A stretch of DNA of 64,000 nt from Gammaproteobacteria bacterium. Its GTDB lineage: Bacteria; Pseudomonadota; Gammaproteobacteria; Eutrophobiales; Eutrophobiaceae. Position 1 is the first letter of the stretch; each line of letters starts with the position of its first letter. Where the stretch lies: NCBI GenBank assembly GCA_965222155.1, contig CBDCTH010000012.1, positions 1,440,001 through 1,504,000 on the forward strand, given 5' to 3'. Below are positions 40,398-53,600 of this stretch, one piece after another. The notes under the pieces were generated by a model. That model saw nothing but the letters and a program-made list of their open reading frames with translations. It did no database searches and was not told the origin of the DNA. Made by a program: the position numbers and the translations under genes.

Positions 40398-40655
40398 GGC
40401 CCTGATTGTGGGCGAGCATGGTCCAAACACGTCTCAGCGTTTCAGCCGGCACGCGCGAACCGAATTGCGGTACGTCACGCTCAAGACAAGTACGGATAAA
40501 ATCCTGTCTTAATGCAAGGCTTTCGGTATCTGACGCGGCCAGAAAACTGTCAGGGAGACCACCGCGTAGCCAGAGCCGATCTTGACCGGGGACCAATGAT
40601 GGCGACCGCTGCTTGACGCTTCATAGCGCCAAGCACTTGTTTTTCAATATTACGC
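40398..40655 (-). pseudogene. Internally deleted AAA_14/DUF4143 ATPase remnant
   Basis: [23 protein letters not shown] fused to [15 protein letters not shown]...LERDVPQ...[14 protein letters not shown]. Confidence 0.75.
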
Positions 40656-40657
40656 CC

Positions 40658-40690
40658 CAGCAATTCCCGCTAAATCGAGGTCAATACAGT
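40658..40690. mobile_element. Solo end of MITE family B
   Basis: CAGCAATTCCCGCTAAATCGAGGTCAATACAGT matches the reverse complement of the 18566-18598 end. Confidence 0.7.
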
Positions 40691-40784
40691 TGCACACAAT
40701 AATAAATCGTAGTCCGGATCCATGTAGTCAAGAACGTCGTTGGATTTGGTTTTACTAGCTGTAAGTTGTGCCAGAAACGCACTG

Positions 40785-40919
40785 CGGAAGTTTCGAAAAT
40801 TTGATGACGGTTTCTTCGTCTGTTTTAAAAACGGCGTATTCGGAGCCGACTGAATTCTTGGTGAATGTAATTTCGGGAATGGCTGGTTTTATCTGTATGG
40901 TTTGACATGTATCGTTCAT
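40785..40919 (-). pseudogene. 5' remnant of Uma2 gene (680-bp deletion relative to the 60716-61483 copy)
   Basis: Junction AACGCACTG|CGGAAG joins sequence equivalent to 60668 and 61349. Confidence 0.85.
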
Positions 40920-40943
40920 TATCGTAAGACGATCTGTTAATTT

Positions 40944-41272
40944 TTACAGGAAATATATTAGCAGGGCAATAATGCCCGTATAGACGCCTATTGCCGATAT
41001 TGTCCATTTGATTTGTTCGGATTTCGCGGCTTCAATATCGTGTTTTGTGGCCAGTCTGAGTCCTTCAATATCTTGTTTTGTGGCCAGTCTTAGTCCTTCA
41101 ATATCTACTTTGAGTCCTTCAATAGTCCTTCAATATCGTGTTTTGTGGCCAGGTTGCTGTTGATCAGTTTTACCTGTTCGTCGGACAATGCTTCAGCCTG
41201 GGCCGTTGTGAAGCCGACATCGGTCATTCGTTGGATGAAGCGGTGAGTGTCAAAGGCGATGGCATTTGTCAT
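40944..41272 (-). pseudogene. Frameshifted DUF1640/CCDC90-like gene
   Basis: Near-identical to 61508-61825 but with an 11-bp tandem duplication AGTCCTTCAAT at 41113-41134. Confidence 0.85.
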
Positions 41273-41353
41273 GGTTGGATTATCCTCCATTATAATTTTA
41301 GCATATTGTTATGTGGGGCGGTAATTTGACTAGTTATAGCTGCTTTTTTATGG

Positions 41354-41575
41354 CAGGGCAACCGCATACTTTTATATATCATAAGGACTGTCCAAATAGA
41401 ATCTCCGCCCGTCTTGCATCACTCCACAAGGTCTTATGATTGGCCTTCAGACACAAGGTGTAATCGCCCCCCTTCTCGTGTCCGGGCAATCTTCTTCTGC
41501 GTGCTCATGGCCCCAGGCCGTGATGCGGTGCAAGGCCGCCTGCCTCACCCCGTAATGGGACCGCCGTGAAGTACT
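41354..41575 (-). mobile_element. ISAs1-family transposase remnant plus one terminal repeat
   Basis: Minus-strand peptides RRSH..ALHRITAW, AMSTQKKIART and EKGGDYTLCLKANHKTL match ISAs1 motifs; CAGGGCAACCGCATACTTTT TIR at 41354-41373. Confidence 0.75.
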
Positions 41576-41661
41576 GGCAAGCTTATAAAAGCAATGACTG
41601 ACTTAAGAACACTCGATAATCTGGCGCGCCCTGGGCTATCGCCTTTCAACAACCCCATACC

Positions 41662-44600
41662 CTACCAGTTCGCCGTACTCTGTAGCATGATGCCGTGGTC
41701 GCCGCCCGCGGTTCCCTCCCGGCGCGTGCCCTCCAGGTCGACGCTGAACGACGGGCCGACCTCCAGGCGTGTGCCCAGACGGTAGCGGCGCTCCCCGCCG
41801 CCGGACAGCGCCAGGCCGCCATAGGGCGTCAGCACCCCGCGTCCGGCTACTGCCCCCAGCCCGTAGCCGACCTCCGCGTCAAACCGCGTCGGCGTGCTCA
41901 TCCGATTGTCGTTCACCCCTGCCGTACCGTCCGCCCAGAGCCGTTCCAGCCCGCTGTCCACCGCCCCCCAGGACGGTCTCAGGCTGAACGACAGCCCCTG
42001 GCCGTCCGCGCCGGGGTCGAGCGTCACCTGGCCGCCCACGCCCCATTCCTCCAGGGCGCTCTGGTGCGCCAGCAGTACCCGACCGTGCACCTCGCCCGTC
42101 AGTCCCCGCGCCGGGTCGGCCCAGCGCAGCCCAGCGCCGACCTCCACGCCGTGACCGGTCTCGCCGTCACCGCCGTCATGACGCAACCCCAACTCCAACG
42201 CTGGCGTCAGGGTGGCCCCCGATGCCAACCGGTAGGCCTGCTCACCCTCAAGACTCAGACGCAAGCGGTGGCTGTTCACCGTCAGACCCGCTATCCGGTC
42301 GCCATTGTCCGCCACCTCAAAGTGGGCCAGCCACGCCTCGCTCTTCAACGCCAGTGAGGTCGTCCCGCCGTCGCCGGCAGCGTCCCCCGAGAACAGCGCC
42401 ACCCGAGCGCCCAGCGCCGCGCTGCGCAGCACCGCATCCGAGGACTGCCAGCCCGCCTCCTCGTCATCCACCCCGACCGCCCCGCGCCCGTAGCCGACCG
42501 TTCCCCACAGCCCCAGCGACTCCCCGGGCCACCAGCCCACGTAGGGGTGAAGGCTGGTCATCCGGGTGGTATGCCGCCCGGCCAGCGCCCGGTACTCGGG
42601 CGCCCGGCCTGCTGCCGCCCGGCTGCCTGCCCCTGCCTTGTCAGCACCTGCCCCTGCTTTATCGGCGCCTGCCGGCCGGTCAGGCAGGCCACTGTCGGTC
42701 CAGTCGAACGACCCGCGCGACCAGGCCAGCGTCACACCCGTCAGCAGGTCGTCACGCCACGTCCCGTCAACCCCCACCCGCGCAGCCATCACGTCACCCC
42801 CGAACTCTACCGGGGCCGCCTCACCATCGACCGAGAGCACGCGCCAGTCGCCCTCACCCCACAGCGTCACCCCGCCCGAAGATGGCGCGGGCGGCGCGCC
42901 ATCCCCCCTGGCGCCAGCCTCCCCAGCCTTATCCCCCAGCCTGAACAGGAAGGAGGAGCCCGCCAGGACCTGCTTCCAGTCCATGTTCCCCGCGTTCAGC
43001 GACTCCTCATTGGCCTTCAGCGTCTGGACGATAGCCAGCAGGTGGTCAGCGACCGCGTCCCCCTCCCGCCTGACCGACGTATGGGGGTTCGCATCCTTGA
43101 TGCGGCGCGCCACGTCCTCCACCACCCCGGCGACCAGCGCCCGCGAGAACGCCGGCAGCAGCGCCGCATTGACACGGCTAAGACGCGCCCGCGCCACCGC
43201 CTGTTCCTCATCCATGACCGTCACCGTCACCTCAGCCCCGGCATCCAGCCCCCCGCTGTCGGTGGCGCGGACGCGCAGTGCATAGCGGTTGGCTTCGCTC
43301 TCATGGTCCTCGCCGGCGCCGGTATAGGTGATGATCCCGCTCACCGCATCGATTGCAAACAGACCCCCAGCGCCCCGGGAGAGGGCGTAGGTGAGGGTGT
43401 CACCCGCATCCTGGTCCGTGGCCCGCACGGCGCCCAGTGCCACCGGGCCGAGCCGGTTCTCCGCCAACTCGAAGGCGTAGTGTCCCTGCTCGAAGGCCGG
43501 TGCCTCGTTAACGTCAGTCAGCGTCAGGGTCTGCTCAGCGCCGGTGAAGCTCAAGCCGCCACTGTCGGTGGTGGTGATACGGAAGCGGTAACTCATCCTC
43601 GTCTCGTAATCCAGCGCGGCGCCCTGCCTCAGGTACAGCACGCCAGCGTCCGTTTCAAAGGTTACCCCAGCGCTGACGCTGAACACGTGATGGTCGCCCA
43701 CGTCCACGTCGATGGCCGACAGCTCGGCCACCTGCACCCGCCCGGCACGGGTGTCGACGTCCTCGGCCATAACGCCGTCCGCCGCCGGGGCGACCCAATC
43801 GACCACCACGCCGGTCGGCCCCTCGTTAACGTCGGTCAGCGTCAGGGTCTGCTCAGCGCCAGTGAAGCTCAAGCCGCCACTGTCAGTAGTGGTGATACGG
43901 AAGCGGTAACTCGTCCTCGTCTCGTAATCAAACGCCGCGCCTTGCTTCAGGTACAGCGCAGCGCCATCCGTTTCAAAGGTTACCCCAGCGCTGACGCTGA
44001 ACACGTGATGGTCGCCCACGTCCACGTCGATGGCCGACAGCTCGGCCACCTGCACCCGCCCGGCACGGGTGTCGACGTCCTCGGCCATAACGCCGTCCGC
44101 CGCCGGGGCGACCCAATCGACCACCACGCCGGTCGGCCCCTCGTTAACGTCGGTCAGCGTCAGGGTCTGCTCAGCGCCGGTGAAACTCAAGCCGCCACTG
44201 TCGGTAGTGGTAATACGGAAGCGGTAACTCGTCCTCGTCTCGTAATCAAACGCCGCGCCTTGCTTCAGGTACAGCGCAGCGCCATCCGTTTCAAAGGTTA
44301 CCCCAGCGCTGACGCTGAACACGTGATGGTCGCCCACGTCCACGTCGATGGCCGACAGCTCGGCCACCTTCACCCGCCCGGCACGGGTGTCGACGTCCTC
44401 GGCCATGACGCCGTCCAGCGCCGGGGCGACCCAATCGACCACCACGCCGGTCGGCCCCTCGTTAACGTCGGTCAGCGTCAGGGTCTGCTCAGCGCCGGTG
44501 AAACTCAAGCCGCCACTGTCGGTAGTGGTAATACGGAAGCGGTAACTCGTCCTCGTCTCGTAATCAAACGCCGCGCCTTGCTTCAGGTACAGCGCAGCGC

Positions 44601-47600
44601 CATCCGTTTCAAAGGTTACCCCAGCGCTGACGCTGAACACGTGATGGTCGCCCACGTCCACGTCGATGGCCGACAGCTCGGCCACCTGCACCCGCCCGGC
44701 ACGGGTGTCGACGTCCTCGGCCATAACGCCGTCCGCCGCCGGGGCGACCCAATCGACCACCACGCCGGTCGGCCCCTCGTTAACGTCGGTCAGCGTCAGG
44801 GTCTGCTCAGCGCCGGTGAAGCTCAAGCCACCACTGTCGGTAGTGGTGATACGGAAGCGGTAGCTCGCCGCCGTCTCGTAATCCAGCGCCGCGCCTTGCT
44901 TCAGGTACAGCGCAGCACCGTCCGTTTCAAAGGTGACCCCAGCGCTGACGCTGAACACGTGACGGTCACCCACGTCCACGTCGATGGCCGACAGATCGGC
45001 TACCTTCACCCGCCCGGCACGGGTGTCGACGTCCTCGGCCATGACGCCGTCCAGCGCCGGGGCGACCCAATCGACCACCACGCCGGTCGGCCCCTCGTTA
45101 ACGTCGGTCAGCGTCAGGGTCTGCTCAGCGCCGGTGAAGCTCAAGCCGCCACTGTCGGTAGTGGTGATACGGAAGCGGTAGCTCGCCGCCGTCTCGTAAT
45201 CCAGCGCGGCGCCTTGCTTCAGGTACAGCGCAGCGCCGTCCGTTTCAAAGGTGACCCCAGCGCTGACGCTGAATGCGTGATGGTCGCCCACGTCCACGTC
45301 GATGGCCGACAGCTCGGCCACCTGCACCCGCCCGGCACTGACATCGACGTCCTCGGCCATAACGCCGTCCTCCGCCGGGACGACCCAATCGACCACCACG
45401 CCGGTCGGCCCCTCGTTGACATTGGTCAGCGTCAGCGTCAAGCCGGCGCGGGTCACGCTCAAGCCGCCACTGTCGGTGGCAGTGATGCTGAAGCGGTAGC
45501 TCGCCGCCGTCTCATAATCCAGCGCCGTACCCTGCTTCAGGTACAGCACAGTACCGTCCACCTCCAGGGCCGCTGTGCCGCTCAGCGCGAAGCGGTGGCG
45601 GTCGCCCGCATCCGCATCGATGGCCGACAGCTCGGCGAGCTTCACCCGCCCGGCGCCGGCGTCCACGTCCTCGGCGATGACGCCGTCCAGCGCCGGGACG
45701 ACCCAATCGACGACGACGCGACTCGGCGCGCTGTTGACGGGTTCGACCGGCTTGACCACCACCGGCGCGGCGGCCAGCACCGTGACTTTGGCCGTGTCAA
45801 ACCGAACATCGTCGTTCACGATGTTGCCTACCGTGAGCGTGTAGGTGGTCTCCTCGGTGGGGTGGACCCTGAGCTCGCTGGTACCGGGGTCGACCTCCTC
45901 GCCGATGTCCTCCCCCAGTTCACCACCGGTGACAGTCTGCTGATACACCTCGCCACCGGAAAGCGCCCACCTCAAGGTAAACGAACCATCCTCGTTCTCC
46001 TCCGCCCGGAAGTTATCGATCCCCGGTGCGGCCAGTGGCGGGACCTCCGGGACGTTGCGCCGTGCCCGGGACCTGACCACGCTGGTCGGACCGCGGTTGC
46101 CGGCGCGGTCGGTGGCGGCCCCCTGCTCCACCTCCACCGCCAGGTCGCCGCTGTCCCCGGTCGGCGTGAACACGCCACGGTAGACCTTGCCGCCCTGACT
46201 CGAGATCAACGCCGCCGGCTTGCTGCCCCCGGTCACCGTGACATCGGACAGGTCGAACCCCGTCACGACCTCGGTGAAGGTGAACTCCACCGTCACGTCC
46301 GGGTTCGCGTTGTCGAAGGTCTCCGGTTTGATGCCGATGGACACCTCCGGGGGCGTCGCATCCCAGACCGCCGTCCGGTTAACCGCCGCGGCCGGGCCGG
46401 GATTGCCCGCCAGGTCCTCTGCACTGTTCACCTGAACGGTGATCGTCACATCGCCGCTACCGTCCGGCGTCACCGCAACGTTGAATACCAGCCCCGGCGT
46501 TGTCGTCGCCCATCCGCTCAGTCTGGCGTTGCTCACCGACACATCATCAATGATGAAGCCTGTCACCGCCTCGTTGAACGTCAATGTCACCGTGAACGCG
46601 TCCGTGTCGTTGATATAGGCCGGTACGCCGGTCAGCGTCAGCGTCGGCGCCGCGGTGTCCACCGTGCCCACCGTGAAGGTGGACGTCCGGGCGCTGCCAA
46701 TCTCATTGCCGTGCGCGTCCTCCACCGTGCTCGCCCGCAGCGTCACCGTGTACTGACTCCCCGTCTCCAGCGGGTTGGCCGGGTCCATGGTGATGACGGT
46801 CTTGTCGTTGTTGATCCTCACCTGCCCCGTGCCCGCCAGGTCGGTGCCGTCGCCGTTTACCTTCTTCAACTCCACCGCCGCCGCCGCAGCCGCCGCATCC
46901 AGGGGGTCGTTGTTGGCCTGGCGCACCGGCTCGTCGAACTGCACCAGTACGTCCGTGTCCACGTCCGTTACCACGTCACCGTCGGCCGGGACGAACGTCA
47001 CCGTCGGCGCCGCCGCATCCACCGTGAAGGTGGCGCTGGCCGCGACCACAGCATTGTCCGCCACGTCCTCCACCGTGTTCGCCAGTACCTTGACCGTGTA
47101 ACTGCCCGCCGCCAAGTCACCGTCCGGGGTGATGGTGATGATCTTGTTGGCGGCGTCAATGGCCACCCGGCTGGCCACCGCCAGGTCAGCGCCCGCGTTG
47201 TCCTTCTTCAGCTCCACCACGGTATGCGCGTTGTCGTCGTGACGGGGTCATCGCTAGCAGGCGTATCACCTCGGTGAAGGTCGCGGTGACGCTGACGGCC
47301 GGCCCCGCGGTGTCCCCGTGCGCCGGTGAGAACGTCACCGTCGGCGCCGCCGCATCCACCGTGAAGGTGGCGCTGGCCGCGACCACAGCATTGTCCGCCA
47401 CGTCCTCCACCGTGTTCGCCAGTACCTTGACCGTGTAACTGCCCGCCGCCAAGTCACCGTCCGGGGTGATGGTGATGATCTTGTTGGCGGCGTCAATGGC
47501 CACCCGGCCGGCCACCGCCAGGTCAGCGCCCGCGTTGTCCCTCTTCAGCTCCACCACGGTATGCGCGTTGTCGTTCGTGACGGGGGCATCGCTACGCAGG

Positions 47601-50600
47601 CGTATCACCTCGGTGAAGGTCGCGGTGACGCTGACGGCCGGCCCCGCGGTGGCGCCGTGCACCGGCGCGAAGATCACCGTCGGCACGGACGCGTCCACCG
47701 TGAAGGTGGCGCTGGCCGCGGCCACGGCATTGCCGTAGGCATCCTCCACCGTGCTCCCCAGCACCTTGACCGTGTAGCTGCCCGCCGCCAAGTCACCGTC
47801 CGGGTCGATGGTGATGACCTTGTTGTCGGCGTCAATGGCCACCCGGTTGGCCACCGCCAGGTCAGCGCCCGTGCCGTCGGACTTCTTCAGCTCCACCGTC
47901 AGGTGCGCGTTGGTGTCCGTGATATCGCCGTTGTCCAGGTTGCGCACCGCCTCGGTGAAGGTCACCGTCACATTGGTGGCCGGCCCCGCGGTGGCGCCGT
48001 GCACCGGCGCGAAGGTCACCGTCGGCGCCGTCGTGTCCACCGTGAACACCGCACTGGCCGCGGCCACCGCGTTGCCCGCCATGTCCGCCACCGTGTTCGC
48101 CAACACCTTCACCGTGTAGCGGCCCGCCGCCAGCGAGTTCTGCGGGTTGATGGTGATGACGTGCCCGGCCAGGCTGACCGTGGCGTCCGTCGCCAGGTCG
48201 GGGCCCGTGCCATCCTTTCTCAACTCCACCGCGCCCGCTGCCGCGCCCGCACCGAAGACACTGCCAGCCGCCGTCTGTATTACCTCGTCGAACTCCACCA
48301 GCACATTGACGCCGGCGCCCACCGTGTCCCCGTCCGCCGGCACGAACGTTACCCCCGGCGCATCCGCATCCACCGTGAAGGTCGCCGACTGCTCGCTGTC
48401 CTGCTCGTTGCCCTGCGCATCCTCTACCGTGTTCGCCAGCAGCGTCACCGTGTAGCTGCCCGGCGCCAGTGCATTCTGCGGGTCGATGGTGATGACCCGC
48501 TTCTGGACGTCGATGCTGACCCGCCCCGCGCCCGCCAGGTCGGCGCCGGCCCCGTCTTTCTTCAACTCCACCGCCGCCACCGCGTCCACGTCCTCCAGCG
48601 GGTCGCCGTTGGCCTTGCGCACCGGCTCATTAAAGCGCACCTCCACGTCCGTGTTCACGTCGCCCACCGTGTCCCCGTCCGCCGGCACGAACGTTACCCC
48701 CGGCGCATCCGCATCCACCGTGAAGGTCGCCGACTGCTCGCTGCCCTGCTCGTTGCCCTGCGCATCCGCTACCGTGTTCGCCGGCAGCATCACCGTGTAG
48801 CTGGCGCCGCTCTCCAGCGCGTCCGCCGGGTTGATGGTGATGACCGTCTTGGCATCGTTGACCGTCACCGCCGCCGTTGTCGTCAGGTCGGTGTTGTTGC
48901 CATCGCCCACGCGCACCAGCGTCAGCGCAGCCGTGGCCGCGGCCGCAGTCAGGGCATTGCCGTCGGCCTGGCGCACCGCCTCGTCGAACTGCACCAGTAC
49001 GTTCACGTCCACGTCGCCCGTCGTCGTCCCGTCCGCCGGCGTGAACGTTACCCCCGGCGCCGCCGCATCCACCGTGAAGGTGGCGCTGGCCGTGGCCACG
49101 GCATTGTCGTAGGCGTCCTCCACCGTGCTCCCCAGCACCTTGACCGTGTAACTGCCCGCCGCCAAGTCACCGTCCGGGGCGATGGTGATGATCTTGTTGG
49201 TGGCGTCAATGGCCACCCGGTTGGCCGCCGCCAGGTCAGCGCCCGTGCCGTCCTTCTTCAGCTCCACCACGGTATGCGCGTTGTCGTCCGTGACGGGGCT
49301 GTCGCTGAGCAGGCGTATCGCCTTGGTGAAGGTCGCGGTGACTCTGACGCCCGGCCCCGCGGTGGCGCCGGTCGCCGGGCTGAACGTCACCGTCGGCGCG
49401 GTCGCATCCACCGTGAAGGTGGCGCTGGCCGTGGCCACGGCGTTGTCCGCCACGTCCTCCACCATGCTCGCCAGCACCTTGACCGTGTAGTCGCCCGCGG
49501 CCAGGTCCGCGCCCGGGTTGATGGTGATGACCGTCTTATTGATGTTGATGCTCACCTGCCCCGATCCCGCCAGGTCGGGGCCCGTGTCGTCGGACTTCTT
49601 CAGCTCCACCGCCAGGTGCGCGTTGGCGTCGTCGAGATCGGTGTCATTGAGGTTGCGGATGGCCTCGGTGAAGGTCACCGTCACATTGGTGGCCGGCCCC
49701 GCGGTGGCGCCGTGCGCCGGTGAGAACGTCACCGTCGGCGCCGCCGCATCCACCGTGAAGGTGGCGCTGGCCGCGACCACCGCATTGCCGTAGGCGTCCT
49801 CCACCCTGCTCGCCAGCACCTTGACCGTGTAGCTGCCCGCCGCCAGGTCGGCGGCCGGGTTGATGGTGATGACCTTGTTGGCGTCGTCGATGCTCACCTG
49901 CCCCGAGCCCGCCAGGTCGGGGCCCGTGCCGTCCTTCTTCAACTCCACCACCCGGTGCGCGTTGGTGTCGTCGAGATCGGTGTCATCGAGGTTGCGGATG
50001 GCCTCGGTGAAGGTGGCAGTGACGCTGACGGCCGGCCCCGCGGTGGCGCCGGTCGCCGGTGAGAACGTCACCGTCGGCGCCGCCGCATCCACCGTGAAGG
50101 TGGCGCTGGCCGCGGCCACGGCATTGCCGTAGGCATCCTCCACCGTGCTCCCCAGCACCTTGACCGTGTAGCTGCCCGCCGCCAGGTCACCGTCCGGGTC
50201 GATGGTGATGACCTTGTTGTCGGCGTCAATGGCCACCCGGTTGGCCACCGCCAGGTCAGCGCCCGTGCCGTCCTTCTTCAACTCCACCACCCGGTGCGCG
50301 TTGGTGTCGTCGAGATCGGTGTCATCGAGGTTGCGGATGGCCTCGGTGAAGGTGGCGGTGACGCTGACGGCCGGCCCCGCGGTGGCGCCGTGCGCCGGTG
50401 AGAACGTCACCGTCGGCACGGACGCGTCCACCGTGAAGGTGGCGCTGGCCGCGACCACCGCATTGCCGTAGGCGTCCTCCACCGTGTTCGCCAGCAGCTT
50501 GACCGTGTAACTCCCCGCCGCCAGGTCACCGTCCGGGGTGATGGTGATGACCGTCTTATTGTTGTTGATGCTCACCTGGTTGGCCGCCGCCAGGTCAGCG

Positions 50601-53600
50601 CCCGTATTGTCCTTCTTCAACTCCACCACCCGGTGCGCGTTGGTGTCGTCGAGATCGGTGTCATCGAGGTTGCGGATGGCCTCGGTGAAGGTGGCGGTGA
50701 CGCTGACGGCCGGCCCCGCGGTGGCGCCGTGCGCCGGTGAGAACGTCACCGTCGGCGCCGCCGCATCCACCGTGAAGGTGGCGCTGGCCGCGACCACCGC
50801 ATTGCCGTAGGCGTCCTCCACCCTGCTCGCCAGCACCTTGACCGTGTAGCTGCCCGCCGCCAGGTCGGCGGCCGGGTTGATGGTGATGACCTTGTTGGCG
50901 TCGTCGATGCTCACCTGCCCCGAGCCCGCCAGGTCGGGGCCCGTGCCGTCCTTCTTCAACTCCACCACCCGGTGCGCGTTGGTGTCGTCGAGATCGGTGT
51001 CATCGAGGTTGCGGATGGCCTCGGTGAAGGTGGCAGTGACGCTGACGGCCGGCCCCGCGGTGGCGCCGGTCGCCGGTGAGAACGTCACCGTCGGCGCCGC
51101 CGCATCCACCGTGAAGGTGGCGCTGGCCGCGGCCACCGCATTGCCGTAGGCATCCTCCACCGTGCTCCCCAGCACCTTGACCGTGTAGCTGCCCGCCGCC
51201 AGGTCACCGTCCGGGTCGATGGTGATGACCTTGTTGTCGGCGTCAATGGCCACCCGGTTGGCCACCGCCAGGTCAGCGCCCGTGCCGTCGGACTTCTTCA
51301 ACTCCACCACCCGGTGCGCGTTGGTATTGTCGAGATCGGTGTCATCGAGGTTGCGGATGGCCTCGGTGAAGGTGGCAGTGACGCTGACGGCCGGCCCCGC
51401 GGTGGCGCCGGTCGCCGGTGAGAACGTCACCGTCGGCGCCGCCGCATCCACCGTGAAGGTGGCGCTGGCCGCGACCACCGCATTGTCCGCCCCATCCTCC
51501 ACCTTGTTCGCCAGCACCTTGACCGTGTAGTCGCCCGCCGCCAGGTCGGCGGCCGGGTCGATGGTGATGACCTTGTTGGCGTCGTCGATGCTCACCTGCC
51601 CCGAACCCGCCAGGTCAGCGCCCGTGCCGTCGGATTTCTTCAGCTCCACCGTCAGGTGCGCGTTGGTGTCCGTGATATCGCCGTTGTCCAGGTTGCGCAC
51701 CGCCTCGGTGAAGGTCACCGTCACATTGGTGGCCGGCCCCGCGGTGGCGTCATGCGCCGGCGCGAAGGTCACCGTCGGCGCCGCCGCATCCACCGTGAAG
51801 GTGGCGCTGGCCGCGACCACCGCATTGTCCGCCCCATCCTCCACCTTGTTCGCCAGCACCTTGACCGTGTAGTCGCCCGCCGCCAGGTCGGCGGCCGGGT
51901 CGATGGTGATGACCTTGTTGGCGTCGTCGATGCTCACCTGCCCCGAACCCGCCAGGTCAGCGCCCGTGCCGTCGGATTTCTTCAGCTCCACCGTCAGGTG
52001 CGCGTTGGTGTCCGTGATATCGCCGTTGTCCAGGTTGCGCACCGCCTCGGTGAAGGTCACCGTCACATTGGTGGCCGGCCCCGCGGTGGCGTCATGCGCC
52101 GGCGCGAAGGTCACCGTCGGCGCCGTCGTGTCCACCGTGAACACCGCACTGGCCGCGGCCACCGCGTTGCCCGCCATGTCCGCCACCGTGTTCGCCAACA
52201 CCTTCACCGTGTAGCGGCCCGCCGCCAGCGAGTTCTGCGGGTTGATGGTGATGACGTGCCCGGCCAGGCTGACCGTGGCGTCCGTCGATGACCCGTGCCA
52301 TCCTTTCTCAACTCCACCGCGCCCGCTGCCGCGCCCGCACCGAAGACACTGCCAGCCGCCGTCTGTATTACCTCGTCGAACTCCACCAGCACATTGACGC
52401 CGGCGCCCACCGTGTCCCCGTCCGCCGGCACGAACGTTACCCCCGGCGCATCCGCATCCACCGTGAAGGTCGCCGACTGCTCGCTGTCCTGCTCGTTGCC
52501 CTGCGCATCCTCTACCGTGTTCACCGGCAGCGTCACCGTGTAGCGGGCGCCGCTCACCAGCGCCGCCGCCGGGTTGATGGTGATGACCGTCTTGGCCGGG
52601 TTGACCGTCACCAGCGCCGCCGCCGTCAGGTCGGTGTTGCTGCCATCGCCCACGCGCACCAGCGTCAGCGCGGCCGTGGCCGCGGCCACAGTCAGGGCAT
52701 TGCCGTCGGCCTGGCGCACCGGCTCGTCGAACTGCACCAGTACGTCCGTGTCCACGTTGCCGGTCTTGGTCCCATGCGCCGGGACGAACGTCACCGTGGG
52801 CGCGGCCGTGTCCACCGTGAAGGTCGCCGACTGCTCGGCGCCCTGCTCGTTGCCCTGCTCGTCCTCTACCGTGTTCACCGGCAGCGTCACCGTGTAGCGG
52901 GCGCCGCTCACCAGCGCCGCCGCCGGGTTGATGGTGATGACCGTCTTGGCCGGGTTGACCGTCACCAGCGCCGCCGCCGTCAGGTCGGTGTTGCCGCCAT
53001 CGCCCACGCGCACCAGCGTCAGCGCGGCCGTGGCCGCGGCCACAGTCAGGGTTGCCGTCGGCCTGGCGCACCGCCTCGTCGAACTGCACCAGTACGTCCG
53101 TGTCCACGTTGCCGGTCTTGGTCCCATGCGCCGGGACGAACGTCACCGTGGGCGCGGCCGTGTCCACCGTGAAGGTCGCCGACTGGCTCGCGCCCTGCTC
53201 GTTGCCCTGCTCGTCCTCCACCGTGTTCGCCGGCAGCGTCACCGTGTAGCGGGCGCCGCTCACCAGCGCGGCCGCCGGGTTGATGGTGATGACCGTCTTG
53301 GCCGGGTTGACCGTCACCAGCGCCGCCGCCGTCAGGTCGGTGTTGCTGCCATCGCCCACGCGCACCAGCGTCAGCGCGGCCGTGGCCGCGGCCACAGTCA
53401 GGGATTGCCGTCGGCCTGGCGCACCGCCTCGTCGAACTGCACCAGTACGTCCGTGTCCACGTTGCCGTCTTGGTCCCATGCGCCGGGACGAACGTCACCG
53501 TGGGCGCGGCCGTGTCCACCGTGAAGGTCGCCGACTGCTCGGCGCCCTGCTCGTTGCCCTGCTCGTCCTCTACCGTGTTCGCCGGCAGCGTCACCGTGTA

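Larger units (their letters stand above)
40398..41387. repeat. Direct repeat copy 1 of the AAA-fragment / Uma2 / DUF1640 cassette (decayed)
   Basis: High identity in blocks to 60530-61940. Confidence 0.9.

Noticed and set aside
41290-41320. Possible second dif-like site (CACATAACAATATGCTAAAAT, also near 61845-61870)
   Set aside because: Spacer too short and arms degenerate; better explained as the DUF1640 promoter.
42547-47277. 1576-aa + strand ORF and many other antisense ORFs over the adhesin
   Set aside because: Shadow frames caused by high GC and biased codons in repeated DNA; Arg/His-rich nonsense composition, while the minus strand has recognisable domains.
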